A stretch of 64,000 bases of DNA, taken from the IMG/VR virus record IMGVR_UViG_3300048578_000375; one strand, given 5' to 3'. Position 1 is the first letter of the stretch; every line of letters starts with the position of its first letter. The translations under genes were made by a program, and so were the position numbers. The notes under the pieces are model-generated. The model was not told the DNA's origin. It saw nothing but the letters and a program-made list of their open reading frames with translations, and did not search any database. This document shows, piece by piece, positions 1-9,446 of the stretch. The stretch is from a virus.

Positions 1-1371
1 GTCGATGATGAGCGGGTGCATGCGACCGATCTCGGCGATGCTCCGCTGCTGCCGGTTGGGCAATTCCCGGCCAACGACAAGGTGCCGCTGATCGTCGGGC
101 TCAACGCATTGTTTGATCAGGGCATCGCCGAGCCGGTGCTCGCGGCGAGTTGGTTCCCGGCCGCCGGCGCGATCTATTACATCGCCGAGGTCTCCTATGA
201 TAGCGGCGCGACTTGGCAGCAGGTCCATGAAGGGCAGGGCAATCAGTTCTCGGCCGTGGTGACGCCCGCCGCCCTGACGCTGCGGGTGCAGGCGGTTACC
301 GCAGCGGTCCGGGGTCCCTATGCCACGGTGAGCGTGAGCGCGCCGACCATCGAGATCGCCTCTGGCACGGTCGTGCTGAAATCCCTGATCGAGGGCATCC
401 GCTACCAAGTCACGACGCTCGAGGATCAGCTCAACGACAAGATCGACGAGGCCAAGGCGCTGTTCGCGTCTGCCATCGCCGAGCAGGACGCGCTCAACTG
501 GCTCAACAAGGCAAAGGTGCGCCACGACCTGTTCGCGGTCGCCGGCGATGCGCAGGCGCGCATCTCCACGCTGGAGACGACGCTCGTCGGCGACGAAATT
601 GCGTTCGCCGAATTCCAGACGGAGGTCAGCGCGACGTTCGGTCCGGCGTTCTCGAGCGTCAGCACCGTGTCCGATGCAGTCGCCACGCTGGAGGGCTACG
701 CCGCGGCCTCCTATGCGGTGACGCTCAACGTCAACGGCTACGCGACCGGCTTCGAGCTGGTCAATGGCGGCAGCGGCGTCTCCAGCTTCACGGTGGTCGC
801 CGACAAATTCCAGATTCAGTTGCCGGGCTACAATGGCGGTGCGCCGGTGCCGGTGTTCACCACGGGCATGATCGACGGTGTGCCGGCGGTCGGCATCAGC
901 GGCAACGTCTTCCTGGACGGCGAATTCCAAGCATCGAAGATCGCTGCGGGGTCGATCACCACGACGCAGCTCGCGGTCGGCGGCGTCGGTCTGGACAATC
1001 TGCTCGACGGTGCCGCCGCCAACGTCGCGGGATCGACCGGCAGCGGTTCGGCGGCCGTCGTGGTCGACGTCAAGAACGGTCGCGCGATCGTTTGGGGATT
1101 TGCCAGCACGGGCGGCTCCGGTGGCACCATGTCTGCCGGTCTCACCGTCGACGGCTCACCGATTTCGGGCGCGGCAGGTGGATCGGCCGCGCCGGTTACC
1201 GGAGTCGGCGGTCCCGTCGACGCGCCATTCTATACCTATGGCACGCCTCCACCGATTGCAGTGATGGGATTCGTGACGGGGTTGAGCAATGGCAACCATA
1301 CGTTTGCGATCTCGGCAACAGCCCCGGCCGCTCCGTCAGTCTCTATCGTCGTACTGAATCCGCGCAGGTGA
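1..1371 (+). CDS. 3' part of the host-specificity/central tail protein (wrap-around copy of the end of 55910-59704)
   Basis: Translation identical to the C-terminal part of the 1264-aa ORF. Confidence 0.9.
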   Translation, partial: VDDERVHATDLGDAPLLPVGQFPANDKVPLIVGLNALFDQGIAEPVLAASWFPAAGAIYYIAEVSYDSGATWQQVHEGQGNQFSAVVTPAALTLRVQAVTAAVRGPYATVSVSAPTIEIASGTVVLKSLIEGIRYQVTTLEDQLNDKIDEAKALFASAIAEQDALNWLNKAKVRHDLFAVAGDAQARISTLETTLVGDEIAFAEFQTEVSATFGPAFSSVSTVSDAVATLEGYAAASYAVTLNVNGYATGFELVNGGSGVSSFTVVADKFQIQLPGYNGGAPVPVFTTGMIDGVPAVGISGNVFLDGEFQASKIAAGSITTTQLAVGGVGLDNLLDGAAANVAGSTGSGSAAVVVDVKNGRAIVWGFASTGGSGGTMSAGLTVDGSPISGAAGGSAAPVTGVGGPVDAPFYTYGTPPPIAVMGFVTGLSNGNHTFAISATAPAAPSVSIVVLNPRR

Positions 1372-1375
1372 CAAC

Positions 1376-3601
1376 ATGACCGCACTCGTCAGCTATTCCA
1401 CCGGCACCGTCAGTGTTGCGGCCGGCGGCACGACCGTCACCGGCACCGGCACGATCTGGTCGCGCGCCAGCGTGCTCCCTGGCGACGTGCTGCAGATCGG
1501 CAATGTCCAGTCGATCATCTGCGATGTCGTGGACGTCGACGAACTGACGATCCCGCCGTGGGGCGGCGGTGAGCAAACGAGCGTCGCCTACAAGATCTGG
1601 CAGGTCTCGCCGCAACGCTTTGCCGGCGAGCAGGCGATGAAGAACGTCAATCTCGTGATGGCTGCGCTCGACACGACCGGATTCTTCTTCTTTGTCGGTG
1701 CTGACGAAGCCGAGCCGAATCCGTCCTATGGTGATGAGGGGCAGTATGGGTTCCAGCCGACCACCGGCAAGATGTGGGCGAAGGTCTCGGGCGCGTGGTC
1801 CTATCTCGGCATCTACAAGGCGTTTCAGTTGAGGGGCGCATACAGCGGTGCCACCACGTATTCCGTCGGCGATGTCGTCACAGAGTCCGGCTCGTCCTAT
1901 GTCTGGATCAATGACACGTCCGGATCGGATCACGCGCCGCCGAACGCGACCTATTGGCAACTGCTCGCGTCGAAAGGCGATACGGGATCCGCTGGACTTG
2001 GTCCGGTTGCGGCATGGACAACCGGACATGACTACGTCGCAGGTCCGCCGGCTGATTATGTCAGCGACGGCGGATCCTCGTATATGTGCCTTGTCGATCA
2101 TACGTCGGGAACATTTGCCGCTGATCTTGCTGCGGGCAAATGGGGACTGGTCGCGCAAAAAGGTGCGGATGGGACGGCCCCGCCGGCATATGGCGGGACG
2201 AGTGCGACGTCCTTTGCGATCGGCACCGGCTCGAAAGCGTTCACCACGCAAGCCGGGCTGGCCTACTCGGACGGCGCGCGCGTCCGCGCCAGCTCGGCCG
2301 GGAGTCCCGGCAACTGGATGGAGGGCGTTGCGACCTACGCCGGCACGACGCTCACCATCGCTGTCGACAGGACGGCGGGCAGCGGCACCTTTGCCGACTG
2401 GAATTTCAACATCGGCGGCGAGCCGGGAGACGATGGCACTTCGTCGCTCTCGGACGTCGATCGCCGGAATAGCCTGCTCGAACGAATCTATCAGGCCAAG
2501 CTGTTCGGAGGCTTCCGCCGGTTCATCAATGCCTTCGCTGATGGCTTCAAGACAAGCACCGGCATCGCGGCCGGCTCTTCGAGCAATTATGCCGTCGACA
2601 CGACCAACGGATTCGTGCAGCCGACATCCGCCTATGCGGCGAACATGACGTCGCTGTTGCACTTCGACGGCAGCAACGGTTCGACGACGATCACTGAATC
2701 CGGTATCGCGCGCACCTGGACAAATCACACCGGCGCGATCAGCACCGCGCAAAGCAAGTTCGGCGGATCGTCCTATAATTGCGGCGCCGGCGCCGGATGG
2801 GTGGACACACCAGACAGTGCCGATTTTACGCTCGGAGGCAGCGACTTCACGGTCGATTTCTGGTTTTACGTTTCCGGCGGATCCGGAGCGCGGCGCTTCG
2901 CTGCAGGCCAGATGTCCAGCAGTGGCACGACCGGCGCATGGTTCACGGAATTGAACGCCTCGAACGTCCTGAGCGCGACGGTCTACAAGGCCAGCGCACA
3001 AACGACGGTGACGGGAACGACCGCGATCACGACGACCGGCTGGCATCATGCCGCCTTTGTCCGAACCGGCAATAATCTGATGCTGTTTCTGGACGGCGTG
3101 CAGGAGGGCAGCACAACGGCGTTCACCGGATCCGTGGATGATTCCGCCGATGTGCTTTCGGTCGGCCGCGGTGGTACATTGGCGTCGCTACAATGGAATG
3201 GCTACATCGACGAGTTCCGGCTGAGCAAGGGCGTTGCCAGGTGGACCGCGGGCTTCACGCCGCCGGCGTCTGCCTATGCGCCGATCGTCGACGCCATGAC
3301 ATTGGTCACGGCCGCGCAGACGGCGGATTCGGCGGTCGGCAATGGCCGGGTCCTGATCGAGTTCGACAATGCGGATGCGCCGACGCTCGACACCGATCTG
3401 ACGGTCGAGGTGACGTGCAACGGCGGCGCCAATTGGGCGGCCGCCGCGCTGTCGTCAGTCTCGACCAATGGCCAGGGTGGCCGGAAGATCGTCGAGACTG
3501 TCGACCAGGTGTGCACGGGCGGCACGTCATTCGCCGCGCGGATCAAGACCTTCAACGGCAAGAATGTCCCGATCCACGGGGTGAGCCTGACGGTTCACTG
3601 A
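1376..3601 (+). CDS. Tail fibre/receptor-binding protein with carbohydrate-binding repeats and a LamG/concanavalin-A-like domain
   Basis: 741 aa, G/T/S-rich; two 'W...TY..GD.V...GSSY.C..DH' modules; LamG-like 'DFTVDFW...WHHAAFVR.GNNLMLFLDG...GYIDEFRLSKG'; last gene of the tail module. Confidence 0.8.
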   Translation: MTALVSYSTGTVSVAAGGTTVTGTGTIWSRASVLPGDVLQIGNVQSIICDVVDVDELTIPPWGGGEQTSVAYKIWQVSPQRFAGEQAMKNVNLVMAALDTTGFFFFVGADEAEPNPSYGDEGQYGFQPTTGKMWAKVSGAWSYLGIYKAFQLRGAYSGATTYSVGDVVTESGSSYVWINDTSGSDHAPPNATYWQLLASKGDTGSAGLGPVAAWTTGHDYVAGPPADYVSDGGSSYMCLVDHTSGTFAADLAAGKWGLVAQKGADGTAPPAYGGTSATSFAIGTGSKAFTTQAGLAYSDGARVRASSAGSPGNWMEGVATYAGTTLTIAVDRTAGSGTFADWNFNIGGEPGDDGTSSLSDVDRRNSLLERIYQAKLFGGFRRFINAFADGFKTSTGIAAGSSSNYAVDTTNGFVQPTSAYAANMTSLLHFDGSNGSTTITESGIARTWTNHTGAISTAQSKFGGSSYNCGAGAGWVDTPDSADFTLGGSDFTVDFWFYVSGGSGARRFAAGQMSSSGTTGAWFTELNASNVLSATVYKASAQTTVTGTTAITTTGWHHAAFVRTGNNLMLFLDGVQEGSTTAFTGSVDDSADVLSVGRGGTLASLQWNGYIDEFRLSKGVARWTAGFTPPASAYAPIVDAMTLVTAAQTADSAVGNGRVLIEFDNADAPTLDTDLTVEVTCNGGANWAAAALSSVSTNGQGGRKIVETVDQVCTGGTSFAARIKTFNGKNVPIHGVSLTVH

Positions 3602-3940
3602 GGGAGCGGGTCGCGGGAGCTCTCGCTCCTGCCTTCCAAATTGTGAGGGAGTGATGGCGGTTACAATTCCGTTCTCGTCGAAGACGAGTCCGACATGTCG
3701 TTCGTCCATTTGGCGTCATCCTATGCATGGCTGGTGCCGGGTGGTTCATAATCAGCAGCATAGGTGCTGACCCCCAGTATTCCCGCCACGCCGGGAATGA
3801 CCCTGCGCTGCTGCTAACGGTTATTCGTGGGGCCACCCGGCCTAAGGACTAGCCGGAAAACCTATGCTGCCTTTGTCGCGCTGCCGGTTATGACGCCACC
3901 AGCGCGGGCGCGACCTTAGCAGCTCAATTCTCGCCGAAAC

Positions 3941-3961
3941 AGCCCCCGGCGGGGCTCTTTT
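3941..3961 (+). terminator. Rho-independent terminator-like hairpin before the lysis cassette
   Basis: AGCCCC-cggc-GGGGCT followed by CTTTT. Confidence 0.55.
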
Positions 3962-3986
3962 CCACCAAGCCAGAACGGAGATCACC

Positions 3987-4634
3987 ATGTCATGGCGCCT
4001 CGCGCGCGGGCTCGAGCAGCTACGCGCCCAAGTCAACGCAAAGTGGCCCAAGCGCAGCAAGGACAGCGATGGGTCGATCGGAGACACCAGCCATTCGGCG
4101 CGTGCATCCGACCACAATCCGGATGGCGCCGGCGTGGTGCATGCGATCGATATCACCCACGATCCGAAGGGCGGTTTCGACAGCTATGCCTTCGCCGACC
4201 TGTTGCTCGAGCGGCAGGATCCTCGGCTCAAATACGTGATCTCGAACCGACGGATCGGATCGGGCCCGGCCGGGCCGTCGCCTGGCGCCTGGCGCAAATA
4301 TACCGGCGTCAACCCGCACGATCATCACGTTCATGTTTCGATCGTCTCGGGCGCGCTCGCCGATGACGCGCGGGACTGGGATATCGGCGAGGTGACTGCC
4401 GCAGCCCCGGTCGCCGCAACGGCCTATGTGGCGCCGCCGGCGACCCTGCGCAGGGGCGATCGCGGTCTGCAGGTCCAGACCCTGCAGGGCCGGCTGAACG
4501 CTCACGGGGCCGTCCTGAAGGTCGATGGCGACTTCGGCCCCGCGACGCTGGCCGCATTGCGGGCCTTCCAGGCGAGCGCCGGGCTCGTGCCTGACGGCAT
4601 CTGCGGCCCGATGTCCTGGCGCGCGCTCGCCTGA
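3987..4634 (+). CDS. Endolysin: N-terminal His-rich Zn-peptidase-like domain plus C-terminal peptidoglycan-binding domain
   Basis: 'SDH...AIDIT' and 'NPHDHHVHVS' motifs; PG_binding_1-like 'LRRGDRG..V..LQ..L...G..L.VDG.FGP.T..A...FQ...GL..DGI.GP'. Confidence 0.85.
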   Translation: MSWRLARGLEQLRAQVNAKWPKRSKDSDGSIGDTSHSARASDHNPDGAGVVHAIDITHDPKGGFDSYAFADLLLERQDPRLKYVISNRRIGSGPAGPSPGAWRKYTGVNPHDHHVHVSIVSGALADDARDWDIGEVTAAAPVAATAYVAPPATLRRGDRGLQVQTLQGRLNAHGAVLKVDGDFGPATLAALRAFQASAGLVPDGICGPMSWRALA

Positions 4635-4684
4635 CGCTATTGCCGCCGCGCGACGGTCCTCGCGCTTTTCAAAGGAGAAAACCA

Positions 4685-5182
4685 ATGAAGTTCATCGCGA
4701 CCGCGCTCGGGACCGTGCTGGGTCTCGGGCTCACCATCCTTGCGATCCCGGCGATCGCGCTCGCGGCGGAAGCTGGCACGACCGTCTCGATTCCTGTCGG
4801 CACGTGGGTGTCCGACTGGATGCCGATCGTGTCGGGCGGACTCGCCGCGCTGGTGGCCTGGGCGCTGCGGCAGCTTCCGTCCAACCTGATCGCGATCCTC
4901 GGCAACGGCCGGGTCGAGCTGCTGATCAACAACGCGATCGGCTACGGGCTCAATGCGGTGGCCGGTGCGGCGAAGGGCAAGACCCTGAGTGCCGATGTCG
5001 GCAACAAGGTGCTCGCCGAGGCGCTGCAATATGCGATCGACAACGCGCCGGGCTGGCTGACGACCTGGGCCGGCGGACCGGAGGGTCTTGCCAAGAAGAT
5101 CTGGGGCCGGCTCAACCTCGCGGAGGACGCTGACGGCAGCATCGTCCAGCTCGTCACGGCGACGGCGCAGGTGAAGTCCTGA
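4685..5182 (+). CDS. Membrane protein of the lysis cassette (holin candidate)
   Basis: Hydrophobic N-terminal and internal segments; lies directly after the endolysin; RBS AAGGAG. Confidence 0.5.
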   Translation: MKFIATALGTVLGLGLTILAIPAIALAAEAGTTVSIPVGTWVSDWMPIVSGGLAALVAWALRQLPSNLIAILGNGRVELLINNAIGYGLNAVAGAAKGKTLSADVGNKVLAEALQYAIDNAPGWLTTWAGGPEGLAKKIWGRLNLAEDADGSIVQLVTATAQVKS

Positions 5183-5442
5183 TGCTGACCAGCGGGGCGG
5201 CCGCAGCGGCATGGCTCGCCGTGCTGCGGCCGATCCTCGAGATGCTGTTCAGCGCCATGGGCCGATCGCTGAACGACTGGCTGGCGGACAAGCGCGCCGA
5301 GCAGACGCAGCGCGACCTCGGGGCAGCACAGGCGGCCAACAAGGCAAACGACCAGATGATGGAGACCATTGATGCGATGGATGGCGTTGCTCGTCCTTCC
5401 GATGATGCTGTTTCTGACAGCCTGCGACGCGGAGACTTCTAG
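5182..5442 (+). CDS. i-spanin (Rz-like) candidate
   Basis: N-terminal hydrophobic anchor plus helical periplasmic part; overlaps the downstream lipoprotein gene. Confidence 0.6.
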   Translation: MLTSGAAAAAWLAVLRPILEMLFSAMGRSLNDWLADKRAEQTQRDLGAAQAANKANDQMMETIDAMDGVARPSDDAVSDSLRRGDF

Positions 5443-5614
5443 CGTCGTCGTCAAGATCGTCTGTCCGACGATCAATCAGTACGATGCCAAGACGCAGGAG
5501 CGGGCGTTGTCCGAATACAACGCTCTTCCGGCCGGCTCGGCCTTGCGGCTCCTCATCGGTGACTACAAGCGACTTCGCGACCAGATCACGGTCTGCCGCG
5601 CGCGCTCCAAATAG
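5369..5614 (+). CDS. o-spanin (Rz1-like) lipoprotein candidate
   Basis: Lipobox LTAC; start is embedded in the upstream gene, the typical overlapped spanin arrangement. Confidence 0.65.
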   Translation: MMRWMALLVLPMMLFLTACDAETSSVVVKIVCPTINQYDAKTQERALSEYNALPAGSALRLLIGDYKRLRDQITVCRARSK

Positions 5615-5641
5615 AGACCTTCGGCGGAAGGATGACGGGGA

Positions 5642-5953
5642 ATGGATGCTGGTAATTGGGCAATTCTAATCGCTGCAGGCGCGCTCATGCTCAACTTCGT
5701 CGACAAGATCTTTGGTGGCGGATGGAAGCTCTCCAACCGCATCACGAAGCTGGAGACCGGCGTCGATGGAATACAGCTCGAGATCAGGAAGCTGGTCGAG
5801 GCCATAGGCAAGATCGCCGACATGCGAGGCGATATCCGTGTTCTCGACACGCGCATGCTTGCGACCGAGCAGGATGTTCGGGAACTGCGGCACGGTGAAG
5901 GGTTCGTCCGAAATCGCAACCTGACCGATCCCGGCGTCAATCGGGAATACTGA
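5642..5953 (+). CDS. Small membrane-anchored coiled-coil protein (possible holin/antiholin)
   Basis: N-terminal hydrophobic helix followed by heptad-like repeats. Confidence 0.45.
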   Translation: MDAGNWAILIAAGALMLNFVDKIFGGGWKLSNRITKLETGVDGIQLEIRKLVEAIGKIADMRGDIRVLDTRMLATEQDVRELRHGEGFVRNRNLTDPGVNREY

Positions 5954-5962
5954 AGGCATCAC

Positions 5963-6307
5963 ATGATCCGCGCAATTCTGCTGACGCTGGCGTTCGCCGG
6001 CGCGGTCTCCTCTGCCCATGCCGAAACCTGCATCGCCTCGCAATACGGCGTCGGCGACGGCTACCACGGCCGTCGGGCTGCGAACGGCTCGATCTTCAAC
6101 ACCTATGCGACCAATCCCTACACAGTGGCGCACGGGACCCATCCGTTCGGGACGGTCGTTACGATCACAAATCTCGCCAACGGGCGCTCCATTCGTGCCG
6201 TGGTGACCGATCGGGGCCCTTTCATCAAAGGCCGTTGCGTGGACCTGGGGCGGGCCGGCGCGGACGCGCTCGGCATGGGCGGCACGGCGCGAGTGAGTGT
6301 CGAATGA
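5963..6307 (+). CDS. RlpA-like double-psi beta-barrel protein with signal peptide
   Basis: 'ASQYG..YHGRRAANG..F...TVAH...PFGT.V..TNL.NG.S....VTDRGPF..GR.VDL...A..LG' is the RlpA/DPBB signature. Confidence 0.85.
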   Translation: MIRAILLTLAFAGAVSSAHAETCIASQYGVGDGYHGRRAANGSIFNTYATNPYTVAHGTHPFGTVVTITNLANGRSIRAVVTDRGPFIKGRCVDLGRAGADALGMGGTARVSVE

Positions 6308-6528
6308 GCGGCGTCATGCAGGCGCTCGCCTCGGCCGCCGCGCTGCGCGGAGAGCTCGGCAGGATGCTGCTCGCGCTCGGCATCACGCTCGCGATCCTGG
6401 TTGCCATCTGGGCGGTCGAGGAATGGCGCATGCGCCAGCTCGGCGCGGCGCTCGGCTGGTTCGGTCTCTGCTGCCTCGGCGCGCTCTCGCTCGCCGCGGC
6501 CGCGCTCATCACCGTGGGGCTGTTATGA
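6304..6528 (+). CDS. Small two-TM membrane protein
   Basis: Two hydrophobic segments; ATGA coupling on both sides. Confidence 0.55.
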   Translation: MSGVMQALASAAALRGELGRMLLALGITLAILVAIWAVEEWRMRQLGAALGWFGLCCLGALSLAAAALITVGLL

Positions 6529-6938
6529 CCAAGATATTGATCACGGGTCTCATGCTCGGCCTGTGCGCCGCGTTGTTCGTCGGGAACGTCCGGGCGCGCG
6601 ACCTCGACGGCCGTCATGCGGCCTCGCCGCTGAAGCCGTGGTTCGATCAGCTCCGTTCCGGGCGCGGGCCGTGCTGCTCGGATGCCGACGGCTATGCGCT
6701 GTCCGATGTCGACTGGGAAACCAGCGGCGGCCGCTACCGCGTGCGGATCCCGCGCTGGCGGTTCGAGCCGAGCGCAGCCGTCTCGGTGCCGCCGGCCGGC
6801 ACGGAGATGATCTGGGTCGATGTCGACGACGAAGCCGTGATCACCGAGCCGAACCGCGCCGGCCGCACCATGGTCTGGCCGATCTGGGGCTGGCAGGGCC
6901 CATCCGTCCGCTGCTTCATGCCGGGGAGCATGACGTGA
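6525..6938 (+). CDS. Secreted Cys-containing hypothetical protein
   Basis: Signal peptide; 'PWFDQLRSG.GPCCSDADG...CFMPG'; translationally coupled. Confidence 0.65.
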   Translation: MTKILITGLMLGLCAALFVGNVRARDLDGRHAASPLKPWFDQLRSGRGPCCSDADGYALSDVDWETSGGRYRVRIPRWRFEPSAAVSVPPAGTEMIWVDVDDEAVITEPNRAGRTMVWPIWGWQGPSVRCFMPGSMT

Positions 6939-7078
6939 TGTTCGAGGTGGTGGGCAGGATCGTGGTTTATGGCCTTGGCATCGTCATCATCGTGCTCGGC
7001 GCGGCTGCGATCTGGACGGCCGTCGGCCTGGTGCTGACCGGCTCGATCTGCGCCCCGATCGGGGGGAGGGGCTGCTGA
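6938..7078 (+). CDS. Small hydrophobic protein
   Basis: TGATG coupling; 46 aa, largely hydrophobic. Confidence 0.45.
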   Translation: MFEVVGRIVVYGLGIVIIVLGAAAIWTAVGLVLTGSICAPIGGRGC

Positions 7079-7489
7079 GTGTATCGGCCCTATCGCACCA
7101 TCACGGTCGGCGCCCGCACGCAATACGTCGTCAAGGTCGCGCCGGAGGACTACGATTTCCTGATGCAATGGACCTGGACCTATGCCGTGTCCCACAAAGG
7201 CGGCGGACTGGTCTACGCGCGGCGGAGCGTGCGGGACGGGGACCGCAATGTCACGATCCTGATGCATCGCGTGATCATCGTGGAGCGGATGGGCGAGGAG
7301 CGGCCGTCCGCCCGTCACTTCGTCGACCACGAGAACGGCGACAGCCTCGATAACCAGCGCGTCAATGGCCGTGGCCGCCAGCAGCTCCGCTGGCTGACGG
7401 CGCAAGAGAACATGGCCAACCAGCGCGGCGTGATCTGCCGGCCGGTCCAGCAGGAGTTCCGATCGGCGCTGTCGGATATTCCGTTCTAA
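7079..7489 (+). CDS. HNH homing-type endonuclease (HNH_3-like)
   Basis: 'V..EDY..L....W...YARR...MHRVI...VDHENGDSLDN...L...T..EN..N'. Confidence 0.85.
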   Translation: MYRPYRTITVGARTQYVVKVAPEDYDFLMQWTWTYAVSHKGGGLVYARRSVRDGDRNVTILMHRVIIVERMGEERPSARHFVDHENGDSLDNQRVNGRGRQQLRWLTAQENMANQRGVICRPVQQEFRSALSDIPF

Positions 7490-7533
7490 GTAGAGGGGCC
7501 TCGACGCTCCTCTGCCGCCTCCCAAGTCAACTG

Positions 7534-7570
7534 CCCGGCTGCGGATGACCCCCGCGGCCGGGCTTTTTCG
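7534..7570 (+). terminator. Rho-independent terminator ending the late/lysis transcript
   Basis: CCCGGCTGCGG-atgaccc-CCGCGGCCGGG (one G:U pair) followed by CTTTTT; convergent with the leftward operon. Confidence 0.7.
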
Positions 7571-7571
7571 T

Positions 7572-7784
7572 TCAGGTCGTCTCAATGCCAAAATGTCGGC
7601 GCACTGCTCGACTTTCCATCAGGGCTCGAATGAGCACCGCACCGGGACCAGTCACGCCGTTGCGCTCCCATCTGCGCCAGGCGGCGCCGTCGTTGAGACC
7701 GACGAGCACAGCGGCTTCGCTCGCCGACAAGCCTAGATCCGCGCGCGCAGTGCGGACCTCACTAGGGGAGAGATGGTGCGCCAT
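7572..7784 (-). CDS. Small XRE-type HTH regulator
   Basis: 'EVRTARADLGLSASEAAVLVG....AWRRWERNG'. Confidence 0.8.
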   Translation of the reverse strand: MAHHLSPSEVRTARADLGLSASEAAVLVGLNDGAAWRRWERNGVTGPGAVLIRALMESRAVRRHFGIETT

Positions 7785-8457
7785 TCCTCAGCCTCTCGAG
7801 ATCGCCTGGACCGGTCGAATAGCGGCCATCTGAAATTGAAAGCGCCCCCCTGCGAAGGCGTTCGCTGAGCTGCGTCTGCAGCGATTTCTGCGTGAACGGC
7901 ACCGCACGGGCCGTGAGTTCGGCCTCGATCTCGCGGCGCGTCGCGGCGCCTCGCTCCGCGATGATCCGCTCGGCTTCATCGATCGCCGGCGGCGGCAGCG
8001 GCGGCGCATGATCGCGGAGCATCCAGCGGGCGTTGCGAGCGACGATGGGGCCCATCTTACCGTTACGATGACTCATGTATGAGAGGTGGACGGCGAATGA
8101 CTTGCGAGCCATCAGCGGCAGGCCTGCCGCTTCGAGACGATCGTAGAGGTCATCCTTCGCGATTCCCTCACGGCCCGCCTTGGTGATCTCGGCTATGATG
8201 GCGTCATCGACCGCGGCGTTTCGTTTTGCGCGCGGACCCCGCGTTCTTGGCTGCCGTGTTCCCATGTGGGTTTCGTAAGCCGAAAGCGCTGCAATGGCAG
8301 CATCCAGTTTTTCGAGCTCGGAGCGGTCGGCGTCGATGGCGCTGGAAAGATTGTCGGCCATACGGATATACTTCGCACGCCGCCGCTCGATTTCGTCATG
8401 ATGCCGTTTGACCTTGAGGCGGCGCGCCCGCAGGCCCGTGATTGTGAGTTGAGCCAT
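7762..8457 (-). CDS. Hypothetical protein (coiled coil plus probable winged-helix domains)
   Basis: 231-aa ORF with protein-like composition in the leftward operon. Confidence 0.6.
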   Translation of the reverse strand: MAQLTITGLRARRLKVKRHHDEIERRRAKYIRMADNLSSAIDADRSELEKLDAAIAALSAYETHMGTRQPRTRGPRAKRNAAVDDAIIAEITKAGREGIAKDDLYDRLEAAGLPLMARKSFAVHLSYMSHRNGKMGPIVARNARWMLRDHAPPLPPPAIDEAERIIAERGAATRREIEAELTARAVPFTQKSLQTQLSERLRRGALSISDGRYSTGPGDLERLRNGAPSLP

Positions 8458-8479
8458 TCAAGCCACTCGTTTCGTTGCA

Positions 8480-8725
8480 TCAGACCTCAACCAACCACCA
8501 CCCGTCATGCCAGATGGCGCCTGGCTCAGTGGGGCCAGTTATCTTCATCACCTTGGCGCCGGCCAGCGCTCCGCGCCCGCTGAAGCGCTCCAGCGTCTTG
8601 CGCGCGCTTTCGGCGCTCGAAAAGACCGCTTCGGCTGCGGCTTGATGGTGCTTCCAGAGCCGCTTCACGGTCGGGAGCATGATGACGAAGGAGAGACCGG
8701 ATATCTTGGAGCGGTTGGTGGCCAT
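8480..8725 (-). CDS. Hypothetical protein
   Basis: 81 aa, coupled to the upstream ORF. Confidence 0.55.
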   Translation of the reverse strand: MATNRSKISGLSFVIMLPTVKRLWKHHQAAAEAVFSSAESARKTLERFSGRGALAGAKVMKITGPTEPGAIWHDGWWLVEV

Positions 8726-8940
8726 CAGACGATCCCCCGGTTCATGACCTTGATGTCGTCGATGTAGTTGGAGGCGCCGCGCTTGGTCAGCATGGTCTGG
8801 CTGTCGAACAGCTTCGCGGAGAGATTCCGGCGGTCCATCAGGGCGATGATGTAGTCGATCTGCTTCTCGGTGGGCGCCGAAAGGCCCTGGCGGGAAGCTT
8901 CGGCGGCGAGCTCGGCAAGGCGGGACTTGATCTCGGACAT
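8725..8940 (-). CDS. Hypothetical protein
   Basis: ATG at 8940 with RBS GGAG; 'APTEKQIDYI..L' motif. Confidence 0.55.
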   Translation of the reverse strand: MSEIKSRLAELAAEASRQGLSAPTEKQIDYIIALMDRRNLSAKLFDSQTMLTKRGASNYIDDIKVMNRGIV

Positions 8941-9000
8941 CTTCTGTCTCCAGCCCCTGATCCGACCCGAGGCGCGGTCATCAACTCGCTGTTGATGAGC

Positions 9001-9031
9001 CAACATAGGTCTAATGGACCTATGTTGTCAA
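9001..9031 (-). promoter_or_regulatory. Sigma70-type promoter of the leftward operon overlapped by an 11-bp inverted repeat
   Basis: Minus strand TTGACA-N17-CTATGT; CAACATAGGTC-taatg-GACCTATGTTG at 9001-9027. Confidence 0.7.
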
Positions 9032-9221
9032 CTGCGAATTTTGAAATCGGATATTCCGTTCCAACTGCATGAAACGGCCCCGACCGCTTGGAGGTATAGG
9101 GGTTTGATCGGGGCCGCCTTCCAAGTGCCGGCCAGATGGGGAGGTGGCCGGCAGGAAACCAAAGCCCATAGGAACCTTTTGTTCCTCGCTTCGTTAGAGC
9201 GTGCCATCGAAGGAGGTGCCC

Positions 9222-9410
9222 ATGGCAAAGGCGAAGAAACAGACCAGCCGCGGCCGCAAGCAAGATCGAGCGCGCGTCGCCGGCAGCCAGGACTACGAAG
9301 TCGGGTATGTGGCAAAGAAGACCGGGCGCTCGCGTGCGGCGGTGAAAAAAGCCGCGAAAAAGGTCGGGCCCAGCCGCAGGAAGGTCGAGCGGCGCGTTCG
9401 CGCTGATTAG
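9222..9410 (+). CDS. DUF3606-like small basic protein
   Basis: RBS AGGAGG; 'QDRARVAG.QDYEV.Y.AKKTG.S..AVKKA.KKVG.SR'. Confidence 0.75.
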   Translation: MAKAKKQTSRGRKQDRARVAGSQDYEVGYVAKKTGRSRAAVKKAAKKVGPSRRKVERRVRAD

Positions 9411-9446
9411 GACAACAACGAAGGGGGGCGATCCGGGACGATCGTC

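Larger units (their letters stand above)
1..5667. repeat. Terminal redundancy of an unrolled circular genome (identical to 58334-64000; unit length 58,333 bp)
   Basis: Every ORF in 1-5667 recurs at an offset of exactly +58333 (e.g. 1376/59709, 3987/62320) with the same translation; base 1 matches base 58334. Confidence 0.97.
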
